64,000 bases of DNA, taken from NCBI RefSeq assembly GCF_046119375.1, contig NW_027362771.1:512244001-512308000 (forward strand), read 5' to 3'. Each line of letters begins with the position of its first letter. Positions within the stretch are counted from its first letter, which is position 1. Source of the DNA: Phyllobates terribilis (Eukaryota). This document shows, piece by piece, positions 50,893-61,523 of the stretch. The translations under genes and the position numbers were made by a program. The notes beneath the pieces were generated by a model that saw nothing but the letters and a program-made list of their open reading frames with translations, was not told the DNA's origin and searched no databases.

Positions 50893-51032
50893 CAGTGAGA
50901 TATAGAGCAAAAGAAATGAAGCGATGATATTTGCTGAGGATTCTTAGCGGCTCCTCTCTTTGGACCAGCGTAAAGAAGTAGTCTGTGACCGTCTCTCCAT
51001 AAAAAAAGTAGTTGACACATAACAAGAAGTAC
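50893..51032 (-). CDS. cds2: cds2 exon 5 (140 nt; YFLLCVNYFFYGETVTDYFFTLVQREEPLRILSKYHRFISFALYLTG)
   Basis: CDS2 motif in ORF 50702..51061; cag| acceptor, |GTAAGA donor. Confidence 0.97.
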
Positions 51033-51197
51033 CTGTGGATGATCGAGATACATAAAGACATTCAATGCTAATAAAAGAGAACATTTTTTTTTTCTTAGAT
51101 CATGATAAATTCTCAACCATAATTCTTAAAAAATTCTTTGTGCAGAGATTACTGATACACACTTGTTATTGACGGCCTTTGGTGTTTCTTAAATGCC

Positions 51198-51272
51198 GAG
51201 CATGCCACAAATACTCGGCGAGCACCCGAGCGTGCTTGCCGAAAGAGTTAATACACGTTCGCTCATCACTAC
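51198..51272. mobile_element. Solo right end of a hAT MITE
   Basis: ...tactcggcgagcacccgagc...cgctcatcacta resembles the ends of the MITEs at 24221 and 48964. Confidence 0.6.
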
Positions 51273-51377
51273 TGCTCAGTCCATCATTTATGGGACTGAC
51301 CTATACAGAGCAATGAGGTTGAGGGGGATCACACAGCACTACTTCACTATATGGGTAGCACCTCATTAATGCACTAA

Positions 51378-51625
51378 GCAAATTGCCTCTTCAGAGAGGG
51401 AGAGGATGTAAACTCTAGCGCCACCTATTTGGAAGTAAAAGTGAATATCTACCCTTTAACGAGCACTGTCACATGACTTGGAATAAAAGCCAAGCTAGCA
51501 TCTATATTTGCAAACACACGTTTCGGGGTGTTGCCCTCCTCAGTGCAAAGCAAGAGATCTGATTTTGCTGTATGAGCGGCCTGTCAACAGCATAAGGGGT
51601 AATGTCTCTCCTTGTGGAGAGTGAC
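51378..51625 (-). mobile_element. Retrozyme-like short retroelement copy 1 (segments A-hammerhead-B), cds2 intron 4
   Basis: Shares gtcactctcca(c/t)aaggaga(g/a)ac(a/g)ttacccctt and ctcgttaaaggg...ggtggcgcta...ctctgaagag..aatttgc with 61558-61809. Confidence 0.7.
51507..51549 (-). ncRNA. Minimal type-I hammerhead ribozyme motif
   Basis: Minus strand TTTGCA-CTGAGGA-GGG CAACAC CCC-GAAA-C GTGT G-TT-TGCAAA: complete CUGAnGA/GAAA core, 6-bp stem I, 3-bp stem II, very short stem III, GUU cleavage triplet. Confidence 0.8.
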
Positions 51626-52162
51626 AAGCCACTTTATAGACTGTTCTGGACGATTCATTGACGCTACATAAATAGTGCAGCAATTGCACAGCTTTGATTA
51701 CAGAGGAAGTATTGCAATTTTGATATAAGTACATGAGCTGGATTCATTTGAAGGATCGGCTGTTACATATTTACATGGTTTCTGTCTCATCTGATTGGTT
51801 GACTTGATTCCCTATAGTTATTGTAATCATGATATTAACAAATACCGCCCCCTGTTGCTACTTGCAATCACGTATATAGTCTGTGTGATCCCACATTTGT
51901 AGTCTTCAATATTTTTAATAGCTAACATTAAGGTTTATGTACTTTAATGAAGGATTATACATTTTTGAAATAAATTATGAGGTTTCTACGTCTCCTTCTC
52001 TCTGTAGACAGTAATATCCTCGGCTATCTGTATCAGATCGTCTCAGACTTTGGTGGAACATTACTTTGTCTGTGCACCATAGGCCAGTTCTATCAATGTA
52101 GTCCACAAAAGTATTAACAGCATTGCGAAAGAGAGAGAGCGCGCGAAAGAGAGACACACAGT

Positions 52163-52473
52163 TGGGGCTGTGGAGTCAGTAAGCCAAACCTCCGACTCCT
52201 CAATTCTATGACTCCGACTCCCTCATACATGGCTCATGTTTATGTGATAAATTTACTGTAGCACAGATTCATCTCAGCTAAAAGTTTAGACCCTTAGATC
52301 AGGAATAGGACAGACATTTATAGGACATTTCATAACTTTCCCAAATTCTTATGAAAAAATATTCCCCACTAACTGCACTGAACTACTGTACCCAATTTAT
52401 TATATATTTTAGGAGTTGGAGTCGGTACATTTTATACCGACTCCACCAAAAAGGACACGACTCCGCAGCCCTG
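52163..52473. mobile_element. Non-autonomous derivative of the CAGGGCTGTGG hAT family, cds2 intron 4
   Basis: Termini tggggctgtgg/ccgcagccctg with GGAGTC/GACTCC subterminal repeats; degenerate TSD cacacagt/gagacagt. Confidence 0.8.
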
Positions 52474-52947
52474 GAGACAGTATGGGCAAAAATAGAGCGA
52501 GAGACACAGCAAAGGGGAAAAAAAGAAGATCGCAAGACACAGAGAAGGGGAAAAAAAAAAAAAAAGAGCGCGAGAGAAAAAAAGGCGTAAGAAAAATGCA
52601 AGAGAAAGAGGCCCGGCCACAAGTTTTTCTGACATGTTGCTGTCATCAATTTCTAAGTGAGATAATTTTTTTCAAATGAAATGGAAAAATATCCAAAGTT
52701 CATCTTCTGATCTGTGATCTATGTTCTGTAGTGAATACAATATGGCCATAAGAGACTTCAAAATCATTGCATTCTCGTTTTCTTTACATTTTATACAGCG
52801 CTCCCAATTTTTTAGGAATTGGGATTATAGATGTGACACAAAAATACAAGAGATAAAAGCGATAGATAAAGCTAGATATGAAAGATATTACTAGATGTAT
52901 ACCGTACATACAATTTGTCAGTAATGGCCTTCAAACTTTTTACATAC

Positions 52948-53045
52948 CAGCTAAGTGTCCGAAACCAGGGTAGATCATAGGAATGGTAGACATTGTAGCC
53001 GATCATGATAATCTCCTGGAAACACTTGATCTGCACACACATCAC
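52948..53045 (-). CDS. cds2: cds2 exon 4 (98 nt; [33 protein letters not shown])
   Basis: CDS2 motif in ORF 52872..53090; cag| acceptor, |GTATGT donor; preceded by a 76-nt intron. Confidence 0.97.
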
Positions 53046-53121
53046 CTGTCGGAAGAATCCCACACAGGTTATACACCAGATTATCCTCAAACATTACCAG
53101 ACGCCTCCAGGAGGGACTTAC

Positions 53122-53218
53122 AATCATCATGAGCACGATAGGTCCCAAATAGATGATGAAGAAGAAGAATGCTATCATGGCCAGCGTGAGGATGCCTCTG
53201 ACCCACCAGTTCTTCCAT
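53122..53218 (-). CDS. cds2: cds2 exon 3 (97 nt; RWKNWWVRGILTLAMIAFFFFIIYLGPIVLMMI)
   Basis: ORF track 52975..53226 carries this CDS2 segment; tag| acceptor and |GTAAGT donor. Confidence 0.97.
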
Positions 53219-54598
53219 CTAGTCACAGAGAAGATACAGGAGACATCAGTGTTGGCAAAGGCAACTGAAGATCATGTAATAGATCAGACCTAATACAATA
53301 GTTCTAATGGCCATACACCAGACCGGTAACAATAATCCTCAAAATATTAAGATGGAAATTGGATATACAATGCGGCAAAGAGTTATCACACCAACAACAT
53401 ACAGAACTACCCCCGTGTGAATGAACGGTAGTGCTCATACATTACCACTGCTCCACTCTGGGTCTATGGAGTGCTGTCACACAAGCGCTCTACCGCTCCA
53501 GTCACACAAGACTTTGGGACCACCCACCGTTCAAGAATTTGTCACATGTGCCATCTTGGGGTTTTCTTTTGTTACAGTAATCACCGGTTATAGCTTTGTG
53601 GTCTTACTATGGATTGTCCGTGGGTCTCCTAATCCAAACTTGACACACTCATAGGCATATTTGTGTTTGAGTTTGGGTTGGTACATCGGAGTCCGTACTT
53701 GGACCATGAAACATTAATGTGTGGAACCAGCCTTACAATGGAAGCCACAGCGTTATGTTGTATGTGTCGCCCAGCAAGCCCCAATACATTGTCAGGTTCT
53801 GGTGTCTATGGCTTTGGCATAACGAGTATGATGATTACACAATTTTTGATACATTTGTATATTTTGTGAGTGCATTTAGAAGTATGTAGCAGAGCGGCAT
53901 CTTGTCTGCTTCCTCTTTGGCGTTCGTCTCATTTACCCCATAATTCTTCCGGCCGATGTTTCCCACGTACATGTTTGGGGACGGCGTGTAGATAAAGTGC
54001 TGTGCATTGCACAAGTATTATACATCTATGACGCCGCTGTTTAATAAACTTGCTGTTTTTATTTCTGACACTTGTAGGACTCCCACAGGAAAACTCTGTT
54101 TGATCAGGATTGTAGAGCTACACATCATCTGCGGCATCCAACGTCTTATCCCCCCTCCCTCGTCCATCTATTTAAAGCGCCATTTCCTGACCTGCAGCCC
54201 TTATCCTGTAAGGGAAGGATCCAATTTACTTATTGTTAGTGAGAGGAAGGCCAATCTCATCAGAAAGCAGCTGCTGCGTGGCTAAGGAAATGAAGACATG
54301 GGCATGCAAGGTCTTCACCTGGCCTGGTCTTCTGTTACCTGTCATGAATAGTTATGAGTGAAGTGGCTGGTGGCACCGTGGTACGGCGATGGCAGCTCGT
54401 TCGGTAGTACTGATAACGTGGGATTGGGTAACTGCCCTCGGGTCGCTCTGCCATGCGATCTCATTAAGCATGGCTGCTCTGGTGACAACGGAGGACAATT
54501 CTCACATTTCAGCAGATTTGCTTAGATTAAACGGATATCGGTGCCTGTAACAGATGTGGAGAGCAGAAGCCGCTGTAGGAAATGCATAATGATATTAA

Positions 54599-55809
54599 CC
54601 CCTTTCCGACATGTGTTGTAATAGTACAGCACACCTTGGCTCGTTCAGATCAGAGGGAAGTGCGGGCTCAGCGGCAGAGCCCGCACCTTTCTGGGCACAC
54701 GACAGCTGATCTGGTCGGATCAGCTCTCATGTGCCCCAACAGCCGCGGGTGGAATCGCGATCCACCCGTGGCTGTTAATTAGTTAAATTCCGCTATCAAT
54801 CTCAGACAGCAGTATTTAATTTGCACTTCCCGGAAGCCCATCACATGACCGTGGGTCGCCGATCGGTTGGCATGATAACCCGGGGTCTGCAGGAGACCCC
54901 TGCGGTTGTCATAACAGTTTGCTATGAGCGTCGCCCAGAGGTAGGCGCTCATAGCAAGTGAGTGCTGATCATGGCCTGTGTGTAGCAGAAGCAATCAGAC
55001 AATTGCAGCTTCTAATCTCCCATGGAAACTATGGAAGCAAGCAAAAAAAAAAAGTTATTAAAAATATTAACGAAATGAAAAAAAATATAAGTTTAAAATC
55101 TCCCCTTTTCCCCCCATTCAAAATAAAAAAAAAAAAAATCAAACCTACACCTATTTGGTATCGCCACGTTCAGAATCGCCCGATCTATCAATATAAAAAA
55201 ATAATTAATCCAATCGGTAAACGTCGTAACGAAATAAAAAGTCAAAACGCCATAAGTACTTTTTTTTGGTCGCCGAAACATTGCAACAAAATACAATAAT
55301 GGGTGATGAAAACATCGGATCTACCCCAAAATGGTATCAATAAAACTATCAGCTTGGCACACAAAAAATAAGCACTCACCCAGCCCAGATCCCGAAAAAT
55401 GGAGAAGCTACGAGTCTCGGAAAATGGCGCCTTTTTTTTTTCCACCACTTAAATAAAAAAGAACCTATACATGTTTGGTGTCTACGAACTTGTAATGACC
55501 TGGAGAATAATAATGGCAGGTCAGTTTTAGCATTTAGTGAACGTGGTTAAACAAAAAAAAACAACAAAAAAAAAAAAAAAAAAAACACACTTCGGAATCG
55601 CACTTTTTTTTGCAATTTTACTGAACTTGGAATTTTTTTCCCAGTTTTCCAGTACACAATATGGTAAAACAAATGGTGACGTTCAAAAGTACAACTTGTC
55701 CCGCAAAAAAATAAGCCCTCACATGGCCATATTGACCGAAAAATAAAAAAAAGTTATGGCTCTGGGAAGAAGGGGAGCAAAAACTGAAAATAGCCCGGTC
55801 ATGAAGGAG
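54599..55809. mobile_element. piggyBac-like non-autonomous element (~1.2 kb), cds2 intron 2
   Basis: TTAA|CCCCTTTCCGAC ... GTCATGAAGGAG|TTAA. Confidence 0.8.
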
Positions 55810-56431
55810 TTAAAAACACAGCCGTGGTTACTGCTTTTGCTCACAGTCCATTAGACGGGGTCTGGTTTTGGAAAACTAGTGAAAGTGAGTGGAGTGTCTC
55901 TTGCTGTAAAGAACTTAACAAGCTCATGTAATACACAAACAGGTTATTAAAAAGGTCATCCAATGTTAAAAAAGCACCAATATAAAAAAAAAAACTGTTA
56001 CGAGACGTACAAAATAAAGAATAAATCACGTGTAATCTTTTTTCCCCTCGACAGATCCACTACAGACTCTATAGCTCCTGGTCTTAGTTTACAAGCGGCC
56101 AGCATGGGGCGGCTGCAGCTAATTGTCGGCTTCAGAAGGTCAGGTGCCATGTTTCGTCGTATTCATGACTGCTGTGGAGACTAGCTGCAGCGGTCAAATG
56201 ATGGCTCCTTGTAAACAAAGACTAAGAGGTCAGTGCGGTATCACCGTGGGAATGAAGACGTGAGCGGGGTGTTTTGTTTTGCTTTTTTTTTAATACCATT
56301 TCCCTTTGTTTTAGACGTTTGATGACCCATTTAATTTCAATCATAATGATGTAAAGCTTTACTTTCCTGCAGTGGCGCCACCGGAAAATTCAGCACTTGA
56401 TGCCAAGCTAACCCTCTAAAGAACTGCTTAA

Positions 56432-57160
56432 AGGGGTGGTCAGAAAGCCAGATGAATTTTCATCCTTAATCCCTTTCTATTTGATGCCATAATCTAAACC
56501 ATTTTCTAATAAACTTGAATTAAAAAAATTCCCTAACTTCCCGTACTTCATTTCTGATGAAGCTTCATTTGAGAATCCTAGTGCATGATGGGATACTCAA
56601 ACGAAGCGTCATCAGGGTTTATAGGCTGCAGTCAATGTCACAGCCCCTGACCCCTCTCTGAACTGATGCGTCATCAGTCACCTCCGTTTCAGAGGCTGTG
56701 CTAGTCCCTGGGCTATGTGCACAATGGCAGTGCGCACTCTGTTGCTGGTTTAGAGTAAGCAGTAACAAGCCGGCAACAGAGCGCGTTGTCAGAGGGCAGG
56801 GCTCGTCTCTGCACACTGGGTATTCTGACACTACAAACTAACAGTGTGCTCACCTGCCAGCTCATTACTACTGATCTGAGCCAGCAACAGAGAGTGCGCT
56901 TTCATTGTGCACATCGTGCAGGGACTAGCCCTGCCCCTAAAATGAGCTTAGTTTCAGGGAGGGAGCAGAAGCTGATTGCACTGGGTTTATCAAGCAAAGA
57001 TTCAAAAAAAAAAGAGAAAAGCAGTTCGATAAATGTAGTTAGGGAAGGATAGGAAATTTTTAATTCAATTAATTCAAGTATATTAGAAAATAGTTTAGAT
57101 TACGGCATTAAATAGATATGGATTTAGGAGGAAAATTCATTTGGATTTCGGATCACCCCT
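56432..57160. mobile_element. Kolobok/T2-like MITE
   Basis: TTAA|AGGGGTGGTC ... GATCACCCCT|TTAA with internal inverted segments. Confidence 0.75.
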
Positions 57161-57449
57161 TTAAAGTTTTTGTCCATGCCAAATTGGCCACCCAATTTGA
57201 CACGGGGCATGAAGGCACACTATTGCATGCTGGACAAAACAAGTTTCAAAGACAACCATCTGAAATCCAGCGAGTATCATGAACGGGTCTTATTCTAATT
57301 AACTGGACCCATAGAAGATACTTGTCAGATTGTTACTTTGGCAACTGTACCGCTCAGCATGCACGGCTTTGATTTGGTGGCAGAGTATAGCTGAACAACC
57401 CCTTTAACTATAATAACGATACTCATGTGCACAAAACATCTGTCACCGC

Positions 57450-57720
57450 TAGGGGGACGGGCAGGACAAGTGGGTGCCAGCAGAGTCAATGAGCAACTCA
57501 GCCATGGCATTCAGATACTGCCAGGGCTGTTTTCATTAGGTTTGCCCCAGATAGAGAAAAGCTTAGCAACAACCATAAAAATGGTTTGCCAAGTACTGAC
57601 CTCAATCCATCAGGCACCTTAGTGATGGACTGGGTCGTCAGTGGCCAAACGTTAGTCAACGGAACGCCTACTGTTGTATCAGAAGTTCTAGAACTTGGTG
57701 TACAAGAGGATTGATGAAAC
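57450..57720 (+). pseudogene. Old Tc1 transposase relic
   Basis: ccaagtactgacctcaatcca = PSTDLNP, a degenerate SPDLNP motif, in decayed context. Confidence 0.45.
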
Positions 57721-57993
57721 ATGCCTTAGGTTAGAAGTCTGGGAGTAAAGTAAACCATTTACCCACAACAGATATATGTATGGCCACCTGAGGGGTTTGG
57801 GGATTTCTAACAGCAGCAAAACACTGTCTTTCCATCACTGCAGCAATTCATTAGTGAAGCTGCTGGCTGAGGATTGTGTGTAATCTGCTTACACTGCAGC
57901 CAGTCAGGGAGCACAAGTCACCGGCTTTGATGTTCTCATCACAATGAGCATTTAACTCCTGCAAAGCAAACAATGATTACAAAGAGATGTGAC

Positions 57994-58142
57994 CTGGAGG
58001 ACAGGCTGGAAAGGGCTCTGTTGAGGACTTCAGGGGTGTCATCGGTCGGGGTGCCTTGCTGAGTTCCACCAGTGTCCGTCTTGCTGTCGCTGTCTGATGC
58101 AGTCTCCCCATCGAGTTTAACTTCAGGTTCCGGCTCGATCTC
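57994..58142 (-). CDS. cds2: cds2 coding exon 2 (149 nt; EIEPEPEVKLDGETASDSDSKTDTGGTQQGTPTDDTPEVLNRALSSLSS-R)
   Basis: Manual translation matches the CDS2 N-terminal DGETASDS...DDTPEVLNRALS motif; acceptor ttttcttctag, donor CAG|GTCACA; phase 2 joins exon 3. Confidence 0.92.
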
Positions 58143-58908
58143 CTAGAAGAAAACAAACAGACATTTTCAACAACTTCATTAAACCCTTAATTTCATACAT
58201 CCGGGTAAGTCCCTCTAACACCCCAGCATCCAGCTAAGGTCGCACGCATTAGTGTCTAGAGGTCTCAGGCATATTCCCTAAAAGTGTCAATACTGGGTCA
58301 GGAATTACAGACTCACTTTTGGACCATGCACAGAAAAGAAAATCTCCCGATCATGAAAAACTTCCAAAGTCTAAGCTCTGAGGACACAAATGACGATAAA
58401 GCAGCTCTTCAATGTGAGGAACCCACAGGATCACAGCCTCCAGGACACCTCTTTCAATGAACATACTACCCATTACTGTATATGCATGAGGAGGGTCCCT
58501 CCACCCAAGACACCCTCAATACAACAACACCAAGATCTGCTAAGAAGCAGCAGCACTCCCAGGCCTTACATTATATTTCTCCATGATTATTAATGAGTTT
58601 CTATTAATAAGCACATTGTTAAAGGGGCTGTCCAACTAACCAATAAATTCTCAAAAGGCAGGTAAATGTTATAAATATATAAAACAACGTATATATTCCA
58701 TCTCTAACCCTTGTAATAATCAAGAGCGGATTTCTCCGATGACGTCCGCTAAGAGAGAAAGTCAGGACATTCTGTTCTCTGGTCACCTGACCAATGTCTC
58801 CTCAGAATGTTCCAAGATTCTTGATGCGTCAGATGAGGTCTCATTACAGTCACCTGACTATTGCAGCCAATCCCATAGCTCAGATTATAAAACAGTGGTA
58901 TCCCTTCA

Positions 58909-59017
58909 GACCACAGTGGAGACCACAGTGGAGACCACAGTGGAGACCACAGTGGAGACCACAGTGGAGACCACAGTGGAGACCACAGTGGAGACCACAG
59001 TGGAGACCACAGTGGAG
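58909..59017. repeat. 12-bp tandem repeat (gaccacagtgga) x9
   Basis: Direct reading. Confidence 0.95.
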
Positions 59018-59093
59018 ACGCAAGGGCTAGAGCCCGAGAGTAAAGTTTCTGTCATTATCACATGGCCTGCATTTTGAGATTTTTTTTTTGTAA

Positions 59094-59274
59094 GGCCTTA
59101 AATCAGACAATTACGGCCCACGACTTCAGGTCTTACCACAGGTCTCCTGATCCAAACTCTACAACTTCATAGGCATATATAAAGGCTGTTGAGTTGGGGT
59201 CAGGAGGAGACACACGGTAAGTCCTGAAGTTGTGGGCCATACCCAGACTGCGATATACACATCTGAATGATGCC
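59094..59274. mobile_element. Palindromic Harbinger-like MITE
   Basis: taa|GGCC...ggcccacgacttcagg ... cctgaagttgtgggcc...GCC|caa. Confidence 0.6.
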
Positions 59275-59599
59275 CAAGTCAGACAACCCCTAGGTGGAAA
59301 AGGACAAAAATAACAAAGAAAAAAAAACACCCCACTTTTTACATTCCCCAGAATTATCAAATATAAGCAGCGTGACTGAAAATCACGTAGCATACCTGAA
59401 GCGGTGTTTCAGGTATAATATCCAGCCAGGGACCTTAGCTGGAGGTGAGAGGAGTCCGGCTCCGCCCCAGGTGAAAGACCAATCACCTGGAGCTAAGCTG
59501 GCAGAAGCCGGACTGATCTGGTCTCCAGCTATGGTCCATGGCCGAATATTATAACTGTATTTTTTCTGAAACCCCGGCGGATTTCATAGGAAAATATAC

Positions 59600-60470
59600 C
59601 TGGCTGCAACTATGCTCCGATTCATGTTTCTCACAGTTTGGGCTAAATGTTACTCAGACTGGAGGCGTGTACTTCTCCCTGTATGAGTTGTCCAATCATA
59701 AGTAGGCTAAAACACAGCAGAAAAAGAACACGCCCCCAACCAGAGCTTAAGTTTCTCGAGTGTGAAATATAATACCACTGCTCTAATCTCATGGTTTTAT
59801 CTTCTGCATGATTACAAAGTACAGATTACCAAAACCTTTCAGACAACGTCCCTGTGGGGGAGGGGCAATGCAGCTCTGTTACATTAAAAACCCTTTTTTC
59901 AGCTCTCCTCTACTAGCACAGTCAGCTCTGCTGTGCTGCCACTCCTCCCATACTGCCAGTCCAGAGTTGTGTCAGTAATCACACTTCTGTCTGTTGTGCT
60001 TAACTTGTACTAGCTCTGCAGTGAGATCAAGAGCAGGGTCTCATTAAATCTCACGCAGGAGTAGTCCAGAACATGAAGGTTACTCCTGTGTGAGAGGTAA
60101 CGACAGCCTGGATCTCACTGCATAGTGATTACAAGTTGCTTGTGAGCATAAGATATAAGTGTGATTGATGACACATCAGTAATCAAGAGAGTGGATAGAA
60201 TGGTTTGTAATGTGACACAGCTAAACTCAGCTGCACCGCTCCTCCCTAACACTGACTGAGTGCAGGGAATAAGACCAAGAGATGAGAGCTGTATCATTAC
60301 ATTTCAAACACTGAGAAACCTGCTCTAAGCTATTGTGGGGGCATGTTCTTTAATTTATGCGTCACTGCCTACTAAGGATTGGTCAGCATCATACGTGGGA
60401 AGTAGTACATGACTTCAAGTGAAAACTCTGATAACTTTTTTAAGTCCGACTGGGTGCTAACTCATTAGGT
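59600..60470. mobile_element. Old palindromic MITE of the same family as ~8500-9130
   Basis: Shared caaacactgagaa.cctgctctaagctat.gtggggg and inverted arms; boundaries approximate. Confidence 0.55.
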
Positions 60471-60537
60471 ACCAAATACTTTCACATTTTTCAAGTTGAA
60501 TTGGACACATGATGTAACAATGGCTCGAGAGTGGAAT

Positions 60538-60572
<35 letters not shown>

Positions 60573-61523
60573 GGGGGGGGGGGGATATTTAGATCCTGAT
60601 AAAACAACTGTACTCCAGGTGCTCATAAAGTACTCCATTTAGTGTTAGCCACAGGGCTGATAGTGGTGATGCAGACATGGCTGCAGGAACAAACACCCCC
60701 ATTTAAAATGTTGTTGAATAAACTATCAACCCTTATAAAAATGGATTGAGACGAGGCATCACTGCACATGGAGAAACAAGTAAATGCCTTTTATTCCCCA
60801 GACATGGGAAAGTTTCACTTTGCAATTACCACAACCAATAAAACACAAAGAACGGTCTTTTCAGCTTCCAATCAATAGGAAGCCCTGATATTTTTTAATG
60901 GATAATGATCAATTATGTGCTGTTCAGAATTAGCAAGTAGTAGAAATGCCAAAGAAACTGAAAAACAAAGAATCCAAGAGGATAACAGGACGCAGGTGAC
61001 TACTACAAGCTTCTTCCCTTCTGGCCATCTTCTGATCAGTGTCCACAGTAAAAGCATTGTCCTTTGCTATGAGTGTTCCTAGGAAGGTTAGTTTCCTGAT
61101 TACTGGCCTGTCTAAACAAGCCGGCCATCACACGATTAAGCAAAATGCTCGTTCATCAGGAGAGATGATTTTTCACCAGGACATGTGCTGCCGATAAAAT
61201 GATGTTCTATGGGAACAGAACAATTGTTATTAATGATTGTTATGTGCCCACAGAATCCTGGTCGGTCTGTAAAAACAGGGCATTACGTGTCCGCTGATCA
61301 TATTGCATGTAGCTGAATAGCGGCCATTTAATGGCCAGGATCAGGCAGTGTAAATTGGCCCTTACATCGGTCTTCTATTTAGGATCCATCCCAGAGTTCA
61401 AAAAACGCAACAACATGAATGTGGAAACATACCGTTTAGCTGTATTTTATGTCCAGCTGCAGGTACACAATCAGGGAATTTACAGCCAGTCATTAAAATT
61501 GACATTGTGTCCACCAGTCTTAA

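Noticed and set aside
56553-56616. CTGATGA/TCATCAG hammerhead candidate
   Set aside because: It is the inverted-repeat arm of a TTAA MITE; no GAAA core in register.
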